Shown here: piece after piece, positions 46,877-55,991 of the stretch
How the letters are laid out: each line of letters begins with the position of its first letter
How positions within the stretch are numbered: the first letter of the stretch is position 1
NCBI GenBank assembly: GCA_038231275.1
Contig: JBBRLQ010000010.1
Span: forward strand, 32,001 to 96,000
Source of the DNA: Polyangiales bacterium
Lineage (GTDB): Bacteria; Myxococcota_A; Polyangia; Polyangiales; Polyangiaceae
Reading direction: 5' to 3'
DNA: 64,000 nucleotides
The notes under the pieces: model-generated
Database searches by the model: none
Told to the model about the DNA's origin: nothing
What the model saw: the letters and a program-made list of their open reading frames with translations, nothing else
Made by a program: the position numbers and the translations under genes

Positions 46877-47686
46877 GTGAAGATCAGGTACTTCGTCACC
46901 TTTGCAATGTTCGTCGCGATGGGGGCCGTCGCGGCCTGCAAAGGGAGCGGCGCTTCCAAGGACCAGGGCGGCGCGGCCGCGGATGGCGTGAAGGCGAGCT
47001 GCAACCAGATCCCGTTCCTCGGCACGTGCACGGAGTATCCGAAGGGCCTTACCTTCGCGCTCGCGGAGACGGCGTGCACGATGATCCCCGACGCCGGCTC
47101 GGTGTGGGGCAAAGAGAAGTGCCCGACCGATCGCGTCCTCGGAAAGTGCGTCGACTCGGCGAAGGACGCGCTCTACGAGAACGAGACGGAGATCTACTAC
47201 GCCCCGTACTTCACGCCGGAGTCGGCGAAGAAGGAGTGCGTCGAGGACACGATTCGCAAGGGCAAGACGTACGCGGCCGTCGACTTCAAGCCGAAGGACG
47301 GCGAGGCGCGTGGCGCCTGCACGCGCAAAGTCATCGGCTCGAAGAACACGGGCCCCGACGAGTGCGAGGAGTACCCGTACGCGACGTCCAAGGAAGACTG
47401 GATGGTCGTGAAGATGAACTGCTCGGGCGCGGACGACAAAATGGAGGTCGGCAAGACCTGCGCGAAGGACACCGCCGTGTCCAAGTGCGAGACCAAGGAC
47501 GGCACGGTCGTCTACTACTTCCCGCACGAGGCGAAGAACCAGAAGGAAGCGTGCGAGTCGGCGCCGACGTCCGGCAAGTACACCAAGCTCGGCAGCGCGG
47601 CGATGGCTGCGGCGACGACCCCCCCACCGAAGCACGCCCCCGCGGCCGGTTCGGGAAAGCCCCCGGCGCCGAAGGCCTCGAAGTAG
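46877..47686 (+). CDS. Cys-rich lipoprotein with two internal repeats
   Basis: GGGAGG SD, GTG start, lipobox VAAC; duplicated C..C.EYP..C..C..KC..YY.P module. Confidence 0.75.
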   Translation: MKIRYFVTFAMFVAMGAVAACKGSGASKDQGGAAADGVKASCNQIPFLGTCTEYPKGLTFALAETACTMIPDAGSVWGKEKCPTDRVLGKCVDSAKDALYENETEIYYAPYFTPESAKKECVEDTIRKGKTYAAVDFKPKDGEARGACTRKVIGSKNTGPDECEEYPYATSKEDWMVVKMNCSGADDKMEVGKTCAKDTAVSKCETKDGTVVYYFPHEAKNQKEACESAPTSGKYTKLGSAAMAAATTPPPKHAPAAGSGKPPAPKASK

Positions 47687-47703
47687 CCGTTTTTCGCGGC
47701 CGA

Positions 47704-47737
47704 ATCACCGATTAGAGCAATTGCTCTAATCGGTGAT
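47704..47737. repeat. perfect 34-bp palindrome
   Basis: ATCACCGATTAGAGCAA|TTGCTCTAATCGGTGAT with no spacer. Confidence 0.9.
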
Positions 47738-47749
47738 AGGCTCACCGGC

Positions 47750-48580
47750 ATGAAGGCCGGTCGATCCGCCTCGTTCGCTCTCGTCGTGAGCTCCCTCGCG
47801 TGCGGCCGGGTCGCCGCCGATCCCGTCGTCGTCGTCGACCCGATGGCCGACGCCGGCGTCGACGCCCCCGGCGTGGCGCGAAGCGGCGGGTTGGTGTCGC
47901 TCGCGAACACCGACACGGACTGGGCCTTCGGGGCGATGTTCTACGGGTCCGGCCCGTCGTGCACGGTCGCGCGCGTCGACGGCTGCGACGTATCGTCGTG
48001 CTTCTCTTGGTACCCGTGGGACACGCCCGCCCGCTTCGAAGCGATCGGCGCGGTCGAAGTGACCGTCGGAACGACCGTCGTCGACCTCGCGCTCCAAAAG
48101 GACGCGACCTACGTTTCGACCGGGCTCGGGAGGCTATGGAACGGCGGCGAGCCGCTTCGGGCTCACGTGAGCGGAAGCGCGGGCACGTCGTTCGACTTCA
48201 TGACGCTGGCGCCGTCGCTGGTCACGCTGACCGCGCCCGTCATCCCCGTCGGGGCGACGGTGCCGCGTCGGAACCCGCTCCAGGTCGCGTGGGCCGTGCC
48301 GGACGCCGGGGAGGGCGCGATCGTCGCCGAGGTGGTCAACGATCCAAACGGTCCGCTGCCGGCCGTTCGCGCCCGATGCACGTTCGCCCTTCAGGATGGG
48401 CACGGCGAGATCCCTGCGAGCGTGCTCCAGCGGCTGCCGGCCGGTCCTGGAGGAATCCTCGTGACGTCGAGCATCGAGAGTACCCTCCCCGTCGGCGACC
48501 GCGACGTTCGCTTCGAGGCGTTCTCCGTCGCGATCGGCCCTCCCGGGGCGACCAACGGGATCACGCTCGTCTGGGAGTGA
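47750..48580 (+). CDS. hypothetical lipoprotein
   Basis: Lipobox SLAC, DAG linker and beta-rich body; TAGGCT box 7 nt upstream. Confidence 0.7.
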   Translation: MKAGRSASFALVVSSLACGRVAADPVVVVDPMADAGVDAPGVARSGGLVSLANTDTDWAFGAMFYGSGPSCTVARVDGCDVSSCFSWYPWDTPARFEAIGAVEVTVGTTVVDLALQKDATYVSTGLGRLWNGGEPLRAHVSGSAGTSFDFMTLAPSLVTLTAPVIPVGATVPRRNPLQVAWAVPDAGEGAIVAEVVNDPNGPLPAVRARCTFALQDGHGEIPASVLQRLPAGPGGILVTSSIESTLPVGDRDVRFEAFSVAIGPPGATNGITLVWE

Positions 48581-48601
48581 CGGCGGCCCGCTCGCTCGGG
48601 G

Positions 48602-49804
48602 CTAGGCGAGCGCTTCGACGAGGCGCTCGACGTCACGCTCCGCGACCGAGCAGAGGGCGACACGAAGCGCGCCCTTGCTCGGCACGACGAAGACGCCTTT
48701 GTCCTTCATCGCGGCGGCCTTGGGCAACGCGTCGTCGTGGAACACCGTGACGAAGAAGCCTCCTTCGTAGCGCGGGTACGTGAGGCCCTTGCCATGCGCG
48801 ATGGCGTTGAACGCGGCGACGCGGCGCGCGAGCAGGGCTTGAAGCTCGGCGCGCTCCTTGTCGCACGCGCTGCGAAGGGCCGCGTCGGTGAGGAGGCGTG
48901 CGATGGCGTTTTGCCCGCCGCGCGTGCAGTTCGACCACGTGCCGCGGCACGAGTAGGTGAGGGCCGCCTCGGTCTTCTGTCGCTCGACGTCGTCCACCAC
49001 GCACGCGACGAGCGCGCCGACGCGGAGGCCGTAGTGCGTGAACGACTTGGACGCGCTCCACGCGAAGAGGAGCCCGACCTTGCCCACGAGCGGGCGCAGC
49101 TCGGCGAGGAACGCGCGCGGCGAGCGTGCGCCGTACAGGAAATACGCGGTGTCGACGAGGAGCGTGATCGGCGCCTCGTCGGCGTGCGCCACCAAACACG
49201 CGGCGACCGCGCGCCACTCCTCGGTGCTCATCGAGTAGCCGGTCGGGTTGTGGCAAGGATCGTTCAAGAAGAGGAGGACGCGCCCCTGTGACGCGATCTG
49301 CGCCTTCACCGCGCGATCGAGCGCGCCGACGTCGAGGCCGCCCTTCGCGTCGAACATGGTGAACGTCGTGAGCTTGCGATCCGCCTCGTCGGCGAGGGTC
49401 TGGTACGGACCCCAGAAGAAGCTCGACGTCAGCAGCGCCTGTCCGGGCTCGAGAAAATTCGCGATGGCGTGGCGGAGCGCCCCGGTGCCGCCTGGCGTCG
49501 CGACGGCGCATCCCGCGGCGCGCATCGTCGGCTCGTCTTGAAAGAGATCGTCGATGACCGCGCGAAGGAACGTCGGGCTCCCGGCGATCGGGGCGTACGC
49601 GGCCCACTCCTCGTCCGGCACCTCACGCACGACGCGCGCGGACGTCGGCATCACCGCGAGCTTTCCGTCGTCCAGCAGAAGCGAGCCGACCGTCGCGTTG
49701 ATCACCGCGTCGCCGCGCTCTTTGCGCTGCATCGCCTCTTTGTTGAGCGCGAAGATCGGATCGTCGCTCGGACGCGACTGATGGCTCGGAATGACGTGAA
49801 GCAT
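48602..49804 (-). CDS. class I/II PLP-dependent aminotransferase
   Basis: INATVG, TPGGTGAL, NDPCHNPTG, DTAY and SASKSFTHYGLRVG motifs. Confidence 0.92.
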   Translation of the reverse strand: MLHVIPSHQSRPSDDPIFALNKEAMQRKERGDAVINATVGSLLLDDGKLAVMPTSARVVREVPDEEWAAYAPIAGSPTFLRAVIDDLFQDEPTMRAAGCAVATPGGTGALRHAIANFLEPGQALLTSSFFWGPYQTLADEADRKLTTFTMFDAKGGLDVGALDRAVKAQIASQGRVLLFLNDPCHNPTGYSMSTEEWRAVAACLVAHADEAPITLLVDTAYFLYGARSPRAFLAELRPLVGKVGLLFAWSASKSFTHYGLRVGALVACVVDDVERQKTEAALTYSCRGTWSNCTRGGQNAIARLLTDAALRSACDKERAELQALLARRVAAFNAIAHGKGLTYPRYEGGFFVTVFHDDALPKAAAMKDKGVFVVPSKGALRVALCSVAERDVERLVEALA

Positions 49805-49931
49805 CGGGCGAGATTCTTACCACGAAAGCCGTCTGACAGAATGGCACCGGAGGCCTGATTCGAGCCTGCAACGTGACAGCTTGGCTGAGTCCAAGAGCTC
49901 GGAATCATGCAAAAACACCGCCCGATACGCG

Positions 49932-49947
49932 TGGCACGCGGTATGCT
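49932..49947 (+). promoter_or_regulatory. possible sigma54 (-24/-12) promoter
   Basis: TGGCAC-GCGGT-ATGCT has correct GG/GC spacing, 16 nt before ATG 49964. TATGCT could instead be a -10 box. Confidence 0.4.
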
Positions 49948-49963
49948 CTCCCGTCCATCGCCC

Positions 49964-51283
49964 ATGCGCTTCTCTTCACGTTCTCTCCTCGCCATCGCGT
50001 TCGGCGCGTTCGTCTTCGCGGCCGCGACGTTGTGGCCCTCCCCCGCGCGCGCGCAGTCGGTCACGCTCGCCGCTGCCGCGGTGACGCGCAACCTCCCGCT
50101 GCCGGGACGCAATCAGTACAACTGGGTCAACTTCAACGACTGCGAGCAGGACCTCGTGCTGACGTTCCCGCTGGTGCTCGACGGGGCATCCACGGGAAAT
50201 TCTTCGCTCTCGCTTCAAGCATGGGCCGGCGCGTCGGGTGCGACCTGCACGGATCTGATGACGCGCAATGGGCAGAGCACGCAGACCTGCTGGCAAATCT
50301 ATCCGGGGAACATCCCCAAATCGCAGACGGACAACCGTTCCATTCCCGTTCGCGACATCCTCTCTCAGTACGCTACCGGCGCCACGACGAAGACGGCCTA
50401 CGGCGGCCCTTACGGCGAGTCCGTCTGCCATTCGTCGACCTCTAGCGGTCCAGCGACGATCACTCTCTGGTTTTTCATGATCGACACTGCCAGCGGTAAC
50501 CTGGCAGGGACCGGCGCGCAGTTCCCGCTCCTCGCCGATCTCGTCGGCCCCGCGCCGCCGACGAACTTGAGCGCGGCAATCGGCAACCAGAAGCTGATCC
50601 TCAACTGGACGCCGTCCGGCGACACCGACACCGCGAGCTACAACTTCTACTGCGATCCCCCTCCGTTCGGAAAGAGCGCGCCCGAGGGCGGAGGCGCGAC
50701 GGTCACCACCGACGCCGCGACCACGACCACGTGCGTCGACGGCGGCCTCGACGACGGCGGCTTCGACGAAGCGGGCGACGCGCTCCCCGGCAACCCGCTC
50801 GACGGAGGGTGCACCACGACGACGACGCCGGGGACGACGACTCCCACCGGCCCGGTGACGCTCAACGGATGCACGACGTCGGTGCTCGTTCCAGCGCAGG
50901 CATCGACGACCTCGACGAACGAGGCGGGGCAGTCGGTGTCCGCCGGCTCGCAGTTCATCGACGACGCGTACAAGTGCGGCAGCGCGGGCAGCGTGTCGAG
51001 CTCGAACGGCGTCACCGACAAGCTCGAGAACTACAAGCTCTACAACGTCGCGGTCGCCGGCATCGACAACTACGGCAACACCGGCATCCTCTCGACGCCC
51101 GGGTGCAACACGCCGCAGGAGATCATCGACTTCTGGCAGGAGTACCGCACGGACGGCGGGCTCGCCGGCGGCGGATTTTGCAGCATCGACGGGGTCGGCG
51201 TGCCGGCCACGGCGACGCCGCTCGTCGTGTTCGGCGGCTGGGCGATCGCGACCGTCTTGCGGCGAAGGAGAAAGAAGAAGTGA
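49964..51283 (+). CDS. secreted FN3-like protein with MYXO-CTERM-like anchor (MXAN_2561-like)
   Basis: Signal peptide ARAQ; PAPPTNLSAAIGNQKLILNW and YNVAVAGIDNYGN FN3 motifs; DFWQEY..GGGFC + TM + RRRRKKK. Confidence 0.7.
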   Translation: MRFSSRSLLAIAFGAFVFAAATLWPSPARAQSVTLAAAAVTRNLPLPGRNQYNWVNFNDCEQDLVLTFPLVLDGASTGNSSLSLQAWAGASGATCTDLMTRNGQSTQTCWQIYPGNIPKSQTDNRSIPVRDILSQYATGATTKTAYGGPYGESVCHSSTSSGPATITLWFFMIDTASGNLAGTGAQFPLLADLVGPAPPTNLSAAIGNQKLILNWTPSGDTDTASYNFYCDPPPFGKSAPEGGGATVTTDAATTTTCVDGGLDDGGFDEAGDALPGNPLDGGCTTTTTPGTTTPTGPVTLNGCTTSVLVPAQASTTSTNEAGQSVSAGSQFIDDAYKCGSAGSVSSSNGVTDKLENYKLYNVAVAGIDNYGNTGILSTPGCNTPQEIIDFWQEYRTDGGLAGGGFCSIDGVGVPATATPLVVFGGWAIATVLRRRRKKK

Positions 51284-52047
51284 GGCTCAAGGCACTGGCG
51301 CTGTCGTCCGCGGTCGGAGTCTCGGCGATCGCGCTCCCCCTCACCGCGCGCGCCGACGACGAGTCGGGCGTCCTGAACTCGCGCCATCGTCGCTTCGCGT
51401 CGCCCCAAAATTTCGCCCTGGAGTTCCGCTTCGCGCCGTACAAGCCGCGCATCGACGAGGCGCCGGAGCTGACGGGCTCGCCGTACACGCGAACGTTCGG
51501 TTCGATGCCGCGCCTCGAGATCGCGATCGAGTTCGACTGGCAAGCGCTGCGCATTCCGCACTTCGGCACGTTCGGTCCAGGCCTCAGCGCCGGCTACACG
51601 TCGATGGGCGACAAGGCCCGCCTCAAGGCGAACCCGAGCCAGTCGAGCGGCGAGGACACGACGCTCGAGATTTATCCGCTCTACGGCGTCGCGGTCCTGC
51701 GCGCCGACGTCGTCATGCGCGAGCTCCACATCCCGCTCGTCCCGTACGCCAAGGCCGGCGTGGGCATGGCCTTCTGGCGCGCGTCGACGACAGGCGGCAC
51801 CGCGCAGGCGACCGACGGCGTGTCCGGCAAAGGTCACACGGTCGGCGCGCAGTTCGCGGTCGGCATCGGCCTCCACCTCAACGCGTTCGACAAGGCCGCG
51901 TCGGTGAACCTCGACAACAGCGTCGGCATCAACAACACCTACGCGTTCTTCGAGCTCATGAGCGCGCAGCTGACCGGACTCGGCCAGACGCACGCGCTCT
52001 TCGTCGGCACCAACACCTGGGTGACCGGCCTCGCCTTCGAGATGTAG
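51280..52047 (+). CDS. outer-membrane beta-barrel protein (MXAN_2562-like)
   Basis: GTGA overlap; signal peptide; SPQNFALEFRFAPYKP..LVPYAKAG..GINNTYAFFE..WVTGLAFEM. Confidence 0.75.
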   Translation: MRLKALALSSAVGVSAIALPLTARADDESGVLNSRHRRFASPQNFALEFRFAPYKPRIDEAPELTGSPYTRTFGSMPRLEIAIEFDWQALRIPHFGTFGPGLSAGYTSMGDKARLKANPSQSSGEDTTLEIYPLYGVAVLRADVVMRELHIPLVPYAKAGVGMAFWRASTTGGTAQATDGVSGKGHTVGAQFAVGIGLHLNAFDKAASVNLDNSVGINNTYAFFELMSAQLTGLGQTHALFVGTNTWVTGLAFEM

Positions 52048-52081
52048 AGGCGCCTCGGTCGCGCTCGCGCGTCGCGCGTGC

Positions 52082-52435
52082 CTACTCGATCTTGAACTTC
52101 TTGCCGACGCTGACGGGGTCGCCCTTGAAGGCGGGGACCTTCGCGCGGCGGTACTCCTTCACGATGCACTTCTCTGCCTTCGTGCCGCCGAACGGGCCTT
52201 GATCGAGCACGGCGCCCGCGGCGCTGCCGCTCGGCGCGAACGTGACGATGACGTGCCCTTCGCCGATGGGTCCCTTCTTCAGCTTGCACCTGCCGACGTC
52301 GACGCCCGACAAGGCGGACGCCGCGGCATCGCGACTGAATGCCTCGTCGCTCGCCGCGGCGCGCGCGTCGAAGCATAGGAGGAGGCCGAGGGTGACGGTG
52401 ACGAGGCAGCGGGGGATGTTGAGAGCGGGTCGCAT
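52082..52435 (-). CDS. small exported protein with TonB-C/AgmX-C-like fold
   Basis: Signal peptide; C..GEGHVIVTFAPSG..PFGGT..KCI..YRRAKVPAFKG motif; TAGTGT box 8 nt upstream. Confidence 0.65.
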   Translation of the reverse strand: MRPALNIPRCLVTVTLGLLLCFDARAAASDEAFSRDAAASALSGVDVGRCKLKKGPIGEGHVIVTFAPSGSAAGAVLDQGPFGGTKAEKCIVKEYRRAKVPAFKGDPVSVGKKFKIE

Positions 52436-52577
52436 CGAGGTGGACACTACGCAAGCATCGCGCCCACGCGGTCGCAAGCGGCGACCTCGCAATCGTAGGC
52501 TTTTCTTTGCCGGGAAAAGCGCACCGGTGGTGCGCGTGTTGTCCATGTGAGGGCTGGCAGCTACAGTTTTTGTTTAC

Positions 52578-53048
52578 GTGATCCACGCACGCGAAAAAAT
52601 TTTGGCGCTGCTGCTCGTGAGCGCGTGCGGAGGGCAAAATCCTGCCGTTTCGTCTCACGTGCGTCCCTCGTCCGACGGGGTCGTTGCGCCGTCGCCGATC
52701 TCGTCGGGGGATGCGCCGCCCGTGGACGAAGAGCCGGAGCGCGCGAGCCCGTCGCGATCGCTCTACGTCACCGGTCCGCGCACGATCGGCGGTGGTGAGC
52801 ATTCGAGCGAACGACCGCGCTACCACGGCGCGCGCATCGATCTCGACGTGAAGGGGGCCGATCTCCACGAGGTGTGTCGCCTCATCGCCGACGTCGGCAA
52901 GGTGAACATCGTGGTGTCGGACGACGTGAAGGGCACCGTCACGATCAAGATGAAGGGCGTGCCTTGGGATCAGGCGCTCGACACGATCCTGCGCGCGAAG
53001 GGATACCGTACCGAGCGCGACGGAAGCGTCATCCTCGTCTTGCGGTAA
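52578..53048 (+). CDS. lipoprotein with stand-alone secretin N0/STN (PilQ-like) domain
   Basis: Lipobox VSAC; YHGARIDLDVKGADLHEVCRLIADVGKVNIVVSDDVKGTVTIKMKGVPWDQALDTIL, then stop. Confidence 0.8.
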   Translation: MIHAREKILALLLVSACGGQNPAVSSHVRPSSDGVVAPSPISSGDAPPVDEEPERASPSRSLYVTGPRTIGGGEHSSERPRYHGARIDLDVKGADLHEVCRLIADVGKVNIVVSDDVKGTVTIKMKGVPWDQALDTILRAKGYRTERDGSVILVLR

Positions 53049-53059
53049 GCTGCGACGCG

Positions 53060-53914
53060 ATGCACGCGACGAAGCCGAGCCGAACGGCGATCTGGGTGGC
53101 CCTCTGGCGCGGCGTCGCGCGCTTCGAGCGCCCGCCGATCGTGAGCGACAGCTTCGCCGACGCGCTGGTCCCAATGCCGTACCGGCCCATCCTCGACGTC
53201 GCGCGCGCTCTCCCCCGGACGAGTGGAGTCGTGCTCGGCGCATTCGATCGCGTCACGCAAGGACGCAGCCGTCACATGGCGCTCCGCACGCGTGCGATCG
53301 ACGACGCGATCGAGGACGCCGTCCGTCGCGGCGCGCGCCAGCTCGTCCTCCTCGGCGCCGGCCTCGACGCGCGCGCGTGGCGCATGGACGCGCTCCGCAC
53401 GTGCACGGTCTTCGAGGTCGACCACCCTTCGACGCAGACGTACAAGCGCGCCCACGTCGAGGGCCTCGTGCCCACCGCGCGGAAGGTGAAATTCGTCGAC
53501 GTGGACTTCGAGCGGCAGGATCTCGGCGAGCGCCTCCGTGAGGCCGGGCACGACGCCGCCACGCCGAGCGTTTTCGTCTGGGAGGGCGTCACGATGTACC
53601 TGACGCAGGCCGCCATCGACGGCACGCTCGCGGCGGTCTCTCGCATCGCGGCGCCAGGCTCGACGCTCGCCACGACATACCACTCCGGCGCGCACATCGC
53701 GCCGCTCTCCCTCGCGGTGCGCGTCGTCCGAGAGCCCTTCGTCTCCGTGTTCCTGCCGCCCGCGATCGCGTCGATCGTGGCCGCGCACGGCTTCACGGTG
53801 ACGAGCGACGAGAGCGATCCGGAGTGGCGGCAGCGGTACTACGGCGCATCCACGCCCTTCGCCGTGGAGCGCCTGGTCTGCGCGAAAAAAGAGGCGCCGG
53901 CAATTTCGGCCTGA
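53060..53914 (+). CDS. class I SAM-dependent methyltransferase (LCM/TIGR00027-like)
   Basis: RTRAIDD, QLVLLGAGLDARAWR, FEVDHP, VDF and WEGVTMYL motifs. Confidence 0.9.
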   Translation: MHATKPSRTAIWVALWRGVARFERPPIVSDSFADALVPMPYRPILDVARALPRTSGVVLGAFDRVTQGRSRHMALRTRAIDDAIEDAVRRGARQLVLLGAGLDARAWRMDALRTCTVFEVDHPSTQTYKRAHVEGLVPTARKVKFVDVDFERQDLGERLREAGHDAATPSVFVWEGVTMYLTQAAIDGTLAAVSRIAAPGSTLATTYHSGAHIAPLSLAVRVVREPFVSVFLPPAIASIVAAHGFTVTSDESDPEWRQRYYGASTPFAVERLVCAKKEAPAISA

Positions 53915-53944
53915 GCGCTCCCGCGCGCTACCATCTCTTTTGGA

Positions 53945-55021
53945 ATGATGCGCACGCGCGGCCTCCTTTTGGGGCTCATCTGCGCCACGGCGTGCTCGGC
54001 GGGTCACGCCGAGGTGCGCAGGCCATCCTCCATTTCTGCCTCGACCGGCGCCGTGTTCGCGCCGGGCGTGCGGCCGATCGGTCGCGTCGACGTGCAGGAT
54101 CCCGCAGGGCCGCGCTTCGCGTGGTCGGGGGCTGGCTTGGCAGTGCGTTTTCACGGCACGCAGCTGGACGCGCGGATCAAGGCGGTTTGGGGCGACGCGC
54201 TTCAGATAACGGTCGATGGGAAGCCGGCGCCGACGATCCAGCTCCGCGCAGAGAAGGAGAACTACGCGATCGTCTCGGGCCTCCCCGAAGGCGACCACGA
54301 GGTCGACCTCGTCAAGCGAACGGAAGCCCGGGTCGGCGAGGTGCAGCTCCTCGGCTTCACGCAGCCTCTGCTGGATCCGCCGCCCGCGCCGCCGCGCCGC
54401 ATCGAGATCGTCGGCGACTCGATCAGCGCGGGATACGGTAACGAAGGCCCCGACCAGCACTGCCGCTTCACGCCGCAGACCGAGAACGCGACCATCACGT
54501 ACGGCGCTCTCGCCGCCAAGAACCTCGGCGCCGAGGCGTCGATCGTCGCATGGAGCGGCAAGACGATCGACGAGGTCGCCTCCCTCTACGAGCGCGCGCT
54601 CCCGACGCGACCGGACAACCGCTGGGATCCCCGCGGATTCGTGCCCGACGCGGTCGTCGTCAACCTCGGCACCAACGACGTCACGCGCGGCGACGGCCAG
54701 GCTCCGTTCGTCGCGTCGCTCCTCAAGCTCGTCGATCGCGTACGCGCGCAGCATGCGAACGTGCCGGTGGTCCTTTGCGTCGGCTCGATGCTCACCGACA
54801 CGTATCCTCCCGGAAAGCAGACGCTCACCCGCGCGCGTGCCGGCGTTCGCGCGGCGGTGGATCAGAAGAGGAAGGCGGGAGACCTTCGCGTGAGCTACCT
54901 CGAGTTTCCGACGCAAGACCCTGGGGTCGGCTACGGATGCGACTACCATCCCAGCGCGAGGACCCACCAGATGATGGCCGAGCGCTTGACCCAGCACCTG
55001 AAGACGGAGCTCGGCTGGTAA
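53945..55021 (+). CDS. SGNH/GDSL esterase (CE2-like) lipoprotein
   Basis: FAWSG, KRTE, IVGDSISAGYG, AWSG, NLGTND and DYHP motifs. Confidence 0.88.
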   Translation: MMRTRGLLLGLICATACSAGHAEVRRPSSISASTGAVFAPGVRPIGRVDVQDPAGPRFAWSGAGLAVRFHGTQLDARIKAVWGDALQITVDGKPAPTIQLRAEKENYAIVSGLPEGDHEVDLVKRTEARVGEVQLLGFTQPLLDPPPAPPRRIEIVGDSISAGYGNEGPDQHCRFTPQTENATITYGALAAKNLGAEASIVAWSGKTIDEVASLYERALPTRPDNRWDPRGFVPDAVVVNLGTNDVTRGDGQAPFVASLLKLVDRVRAQHANVPVVLCVGSMLTDTYPPGKQTLTRARAGVRAAVDQKRKAGDLRVSYLEFPTQDPGVGYGCDYHPSARTHQMMAERLTQHLKTELGW

Positions 55022-55082
55022 CGGCCAGTTCGATTTGCAAATGAGGACGCCTCGCGGGAGCCAAGAGCTGGTGAGGTCCGAA

Positions 55083-55898
55083 ATGAAGAGGATGAAGTTG
55101 CGCGCGGGGGCGCTCGTGGCGTTGGTCGGCATCGCGGCGCCGGCAGTATTTGGCGCATGCGGGGGCGAGCAGGCGAGTCCGAGCGCGAACGACGCGGGTT
55201 CGAGCAGCTCCGGAGCCAGCGGCTCCAACGCGTCGAGCGGAGCGAGTGGAAGTGGGTCCAGCAGCAGCAGCGGAACCAGCGGCACGAGCGGGACCGGCGG
55301 GTCGAGTGGTACCAGCGGAGCCAGTGGAACGAGCGGAACCAGCGGGTCGAGTGGTTCCAGCGGAACCAGCGGGTCGAGCGGCGATGGCGGACAAAGCACG
55401 CTCTACGATCGCCTCGGCGGGCATTCGGGCATCAAGCAGATCCTGACGGACGTATTGGTCCACCTCCTGCAAGACCCCCATCAGAAGACGTATTTCGTAC
55501 TCAACGCGCCGCCCCTCGGCCTGCACCCGTCGGGCGCGGACATCATCGAATGTTTCACCGCGCTCCTGGACTCTGCGGTCCCGGGTGGTCCGGGGACGCC
55601 GTACCCCCCCGCGCCGCTCGCAAGCGGCTACACCTGCCGCGGCCTCGCGGAGGCTCACCACGGGATGCTCGCGGACGGCGGCACCAGCCGCGCGGACGAG
55701 TTGAATTACCGCATTCCGAATGGCATCTTCAACGACTTCGTCCTGATCGCCGCAGCGACTGCCGCAAGCGCGCCGCACAACATCAAGCCCGCCGACGTGA
55801 ACGCGCTCGGAGCCCTCTTGGGGTCCACACGAGCGTCGGTCGTCGATCCCAGCCAGCCGGACTCCGGCGACTTCGACGCGTCGGCATACACGGATTGA
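55083..55898 (+). CDS. lipoprotein with Ser/Gly linker and group I truncated-hemoglobin-like domain
   Basis: Lipobox FGAC; long SG/TSG repeats; STLYDRLGG, YF and YTCRGLAEAHHGM motifs. Confidence 0.7.
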   Translation: MKRMKLRAGALVALVGIAAPAVFGACGGEQASPSANDAGSSSSGASGSNASSGASGSGSSSSSGTSGTSGTGGSSGTSGASGTSGTSGSSGSSGTSGSSGDGGQSTLYDRLGGHSGIKQILTDVLVHLLQDPHQKTYFVLNAPPLGLHPSGADIIECFTALLDSAVPGGPGTPYPPAPLASGYTCRGLAEAHHGMLADGGTSRADELNYRIPNGIFNDFVLIAAATAASAPHNIKPADVNALGALLGSTRASVVDPSQPDSGDFDASAYTD

Positions 55899-55991
55899 CA
55901 CGGATTGACTGTTGGGTCGCTACCGTCGCTTGCCCGTTCCGTCAAACGACGTTCGCTCTAACGCACCCGGTTTTGCTACCGTGTCGCTCGG

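Noticed and set aside
55200..55385. Tandem nucleotide repeats (also 7180-7225, 15500-15575, 37670-37712, 56075-56190)
   Set aside because: They encode low-complexity Ser/Gly, Pro/Ala or Thr/Pro protein linkers and are not independent DNA elements.
55888..55909. 10-bp tandem duplication ACACGGATTG across the globin stop codon
   Set aside because: Too short, with no associated element; could be a slippage or excision scar but is unsupported.
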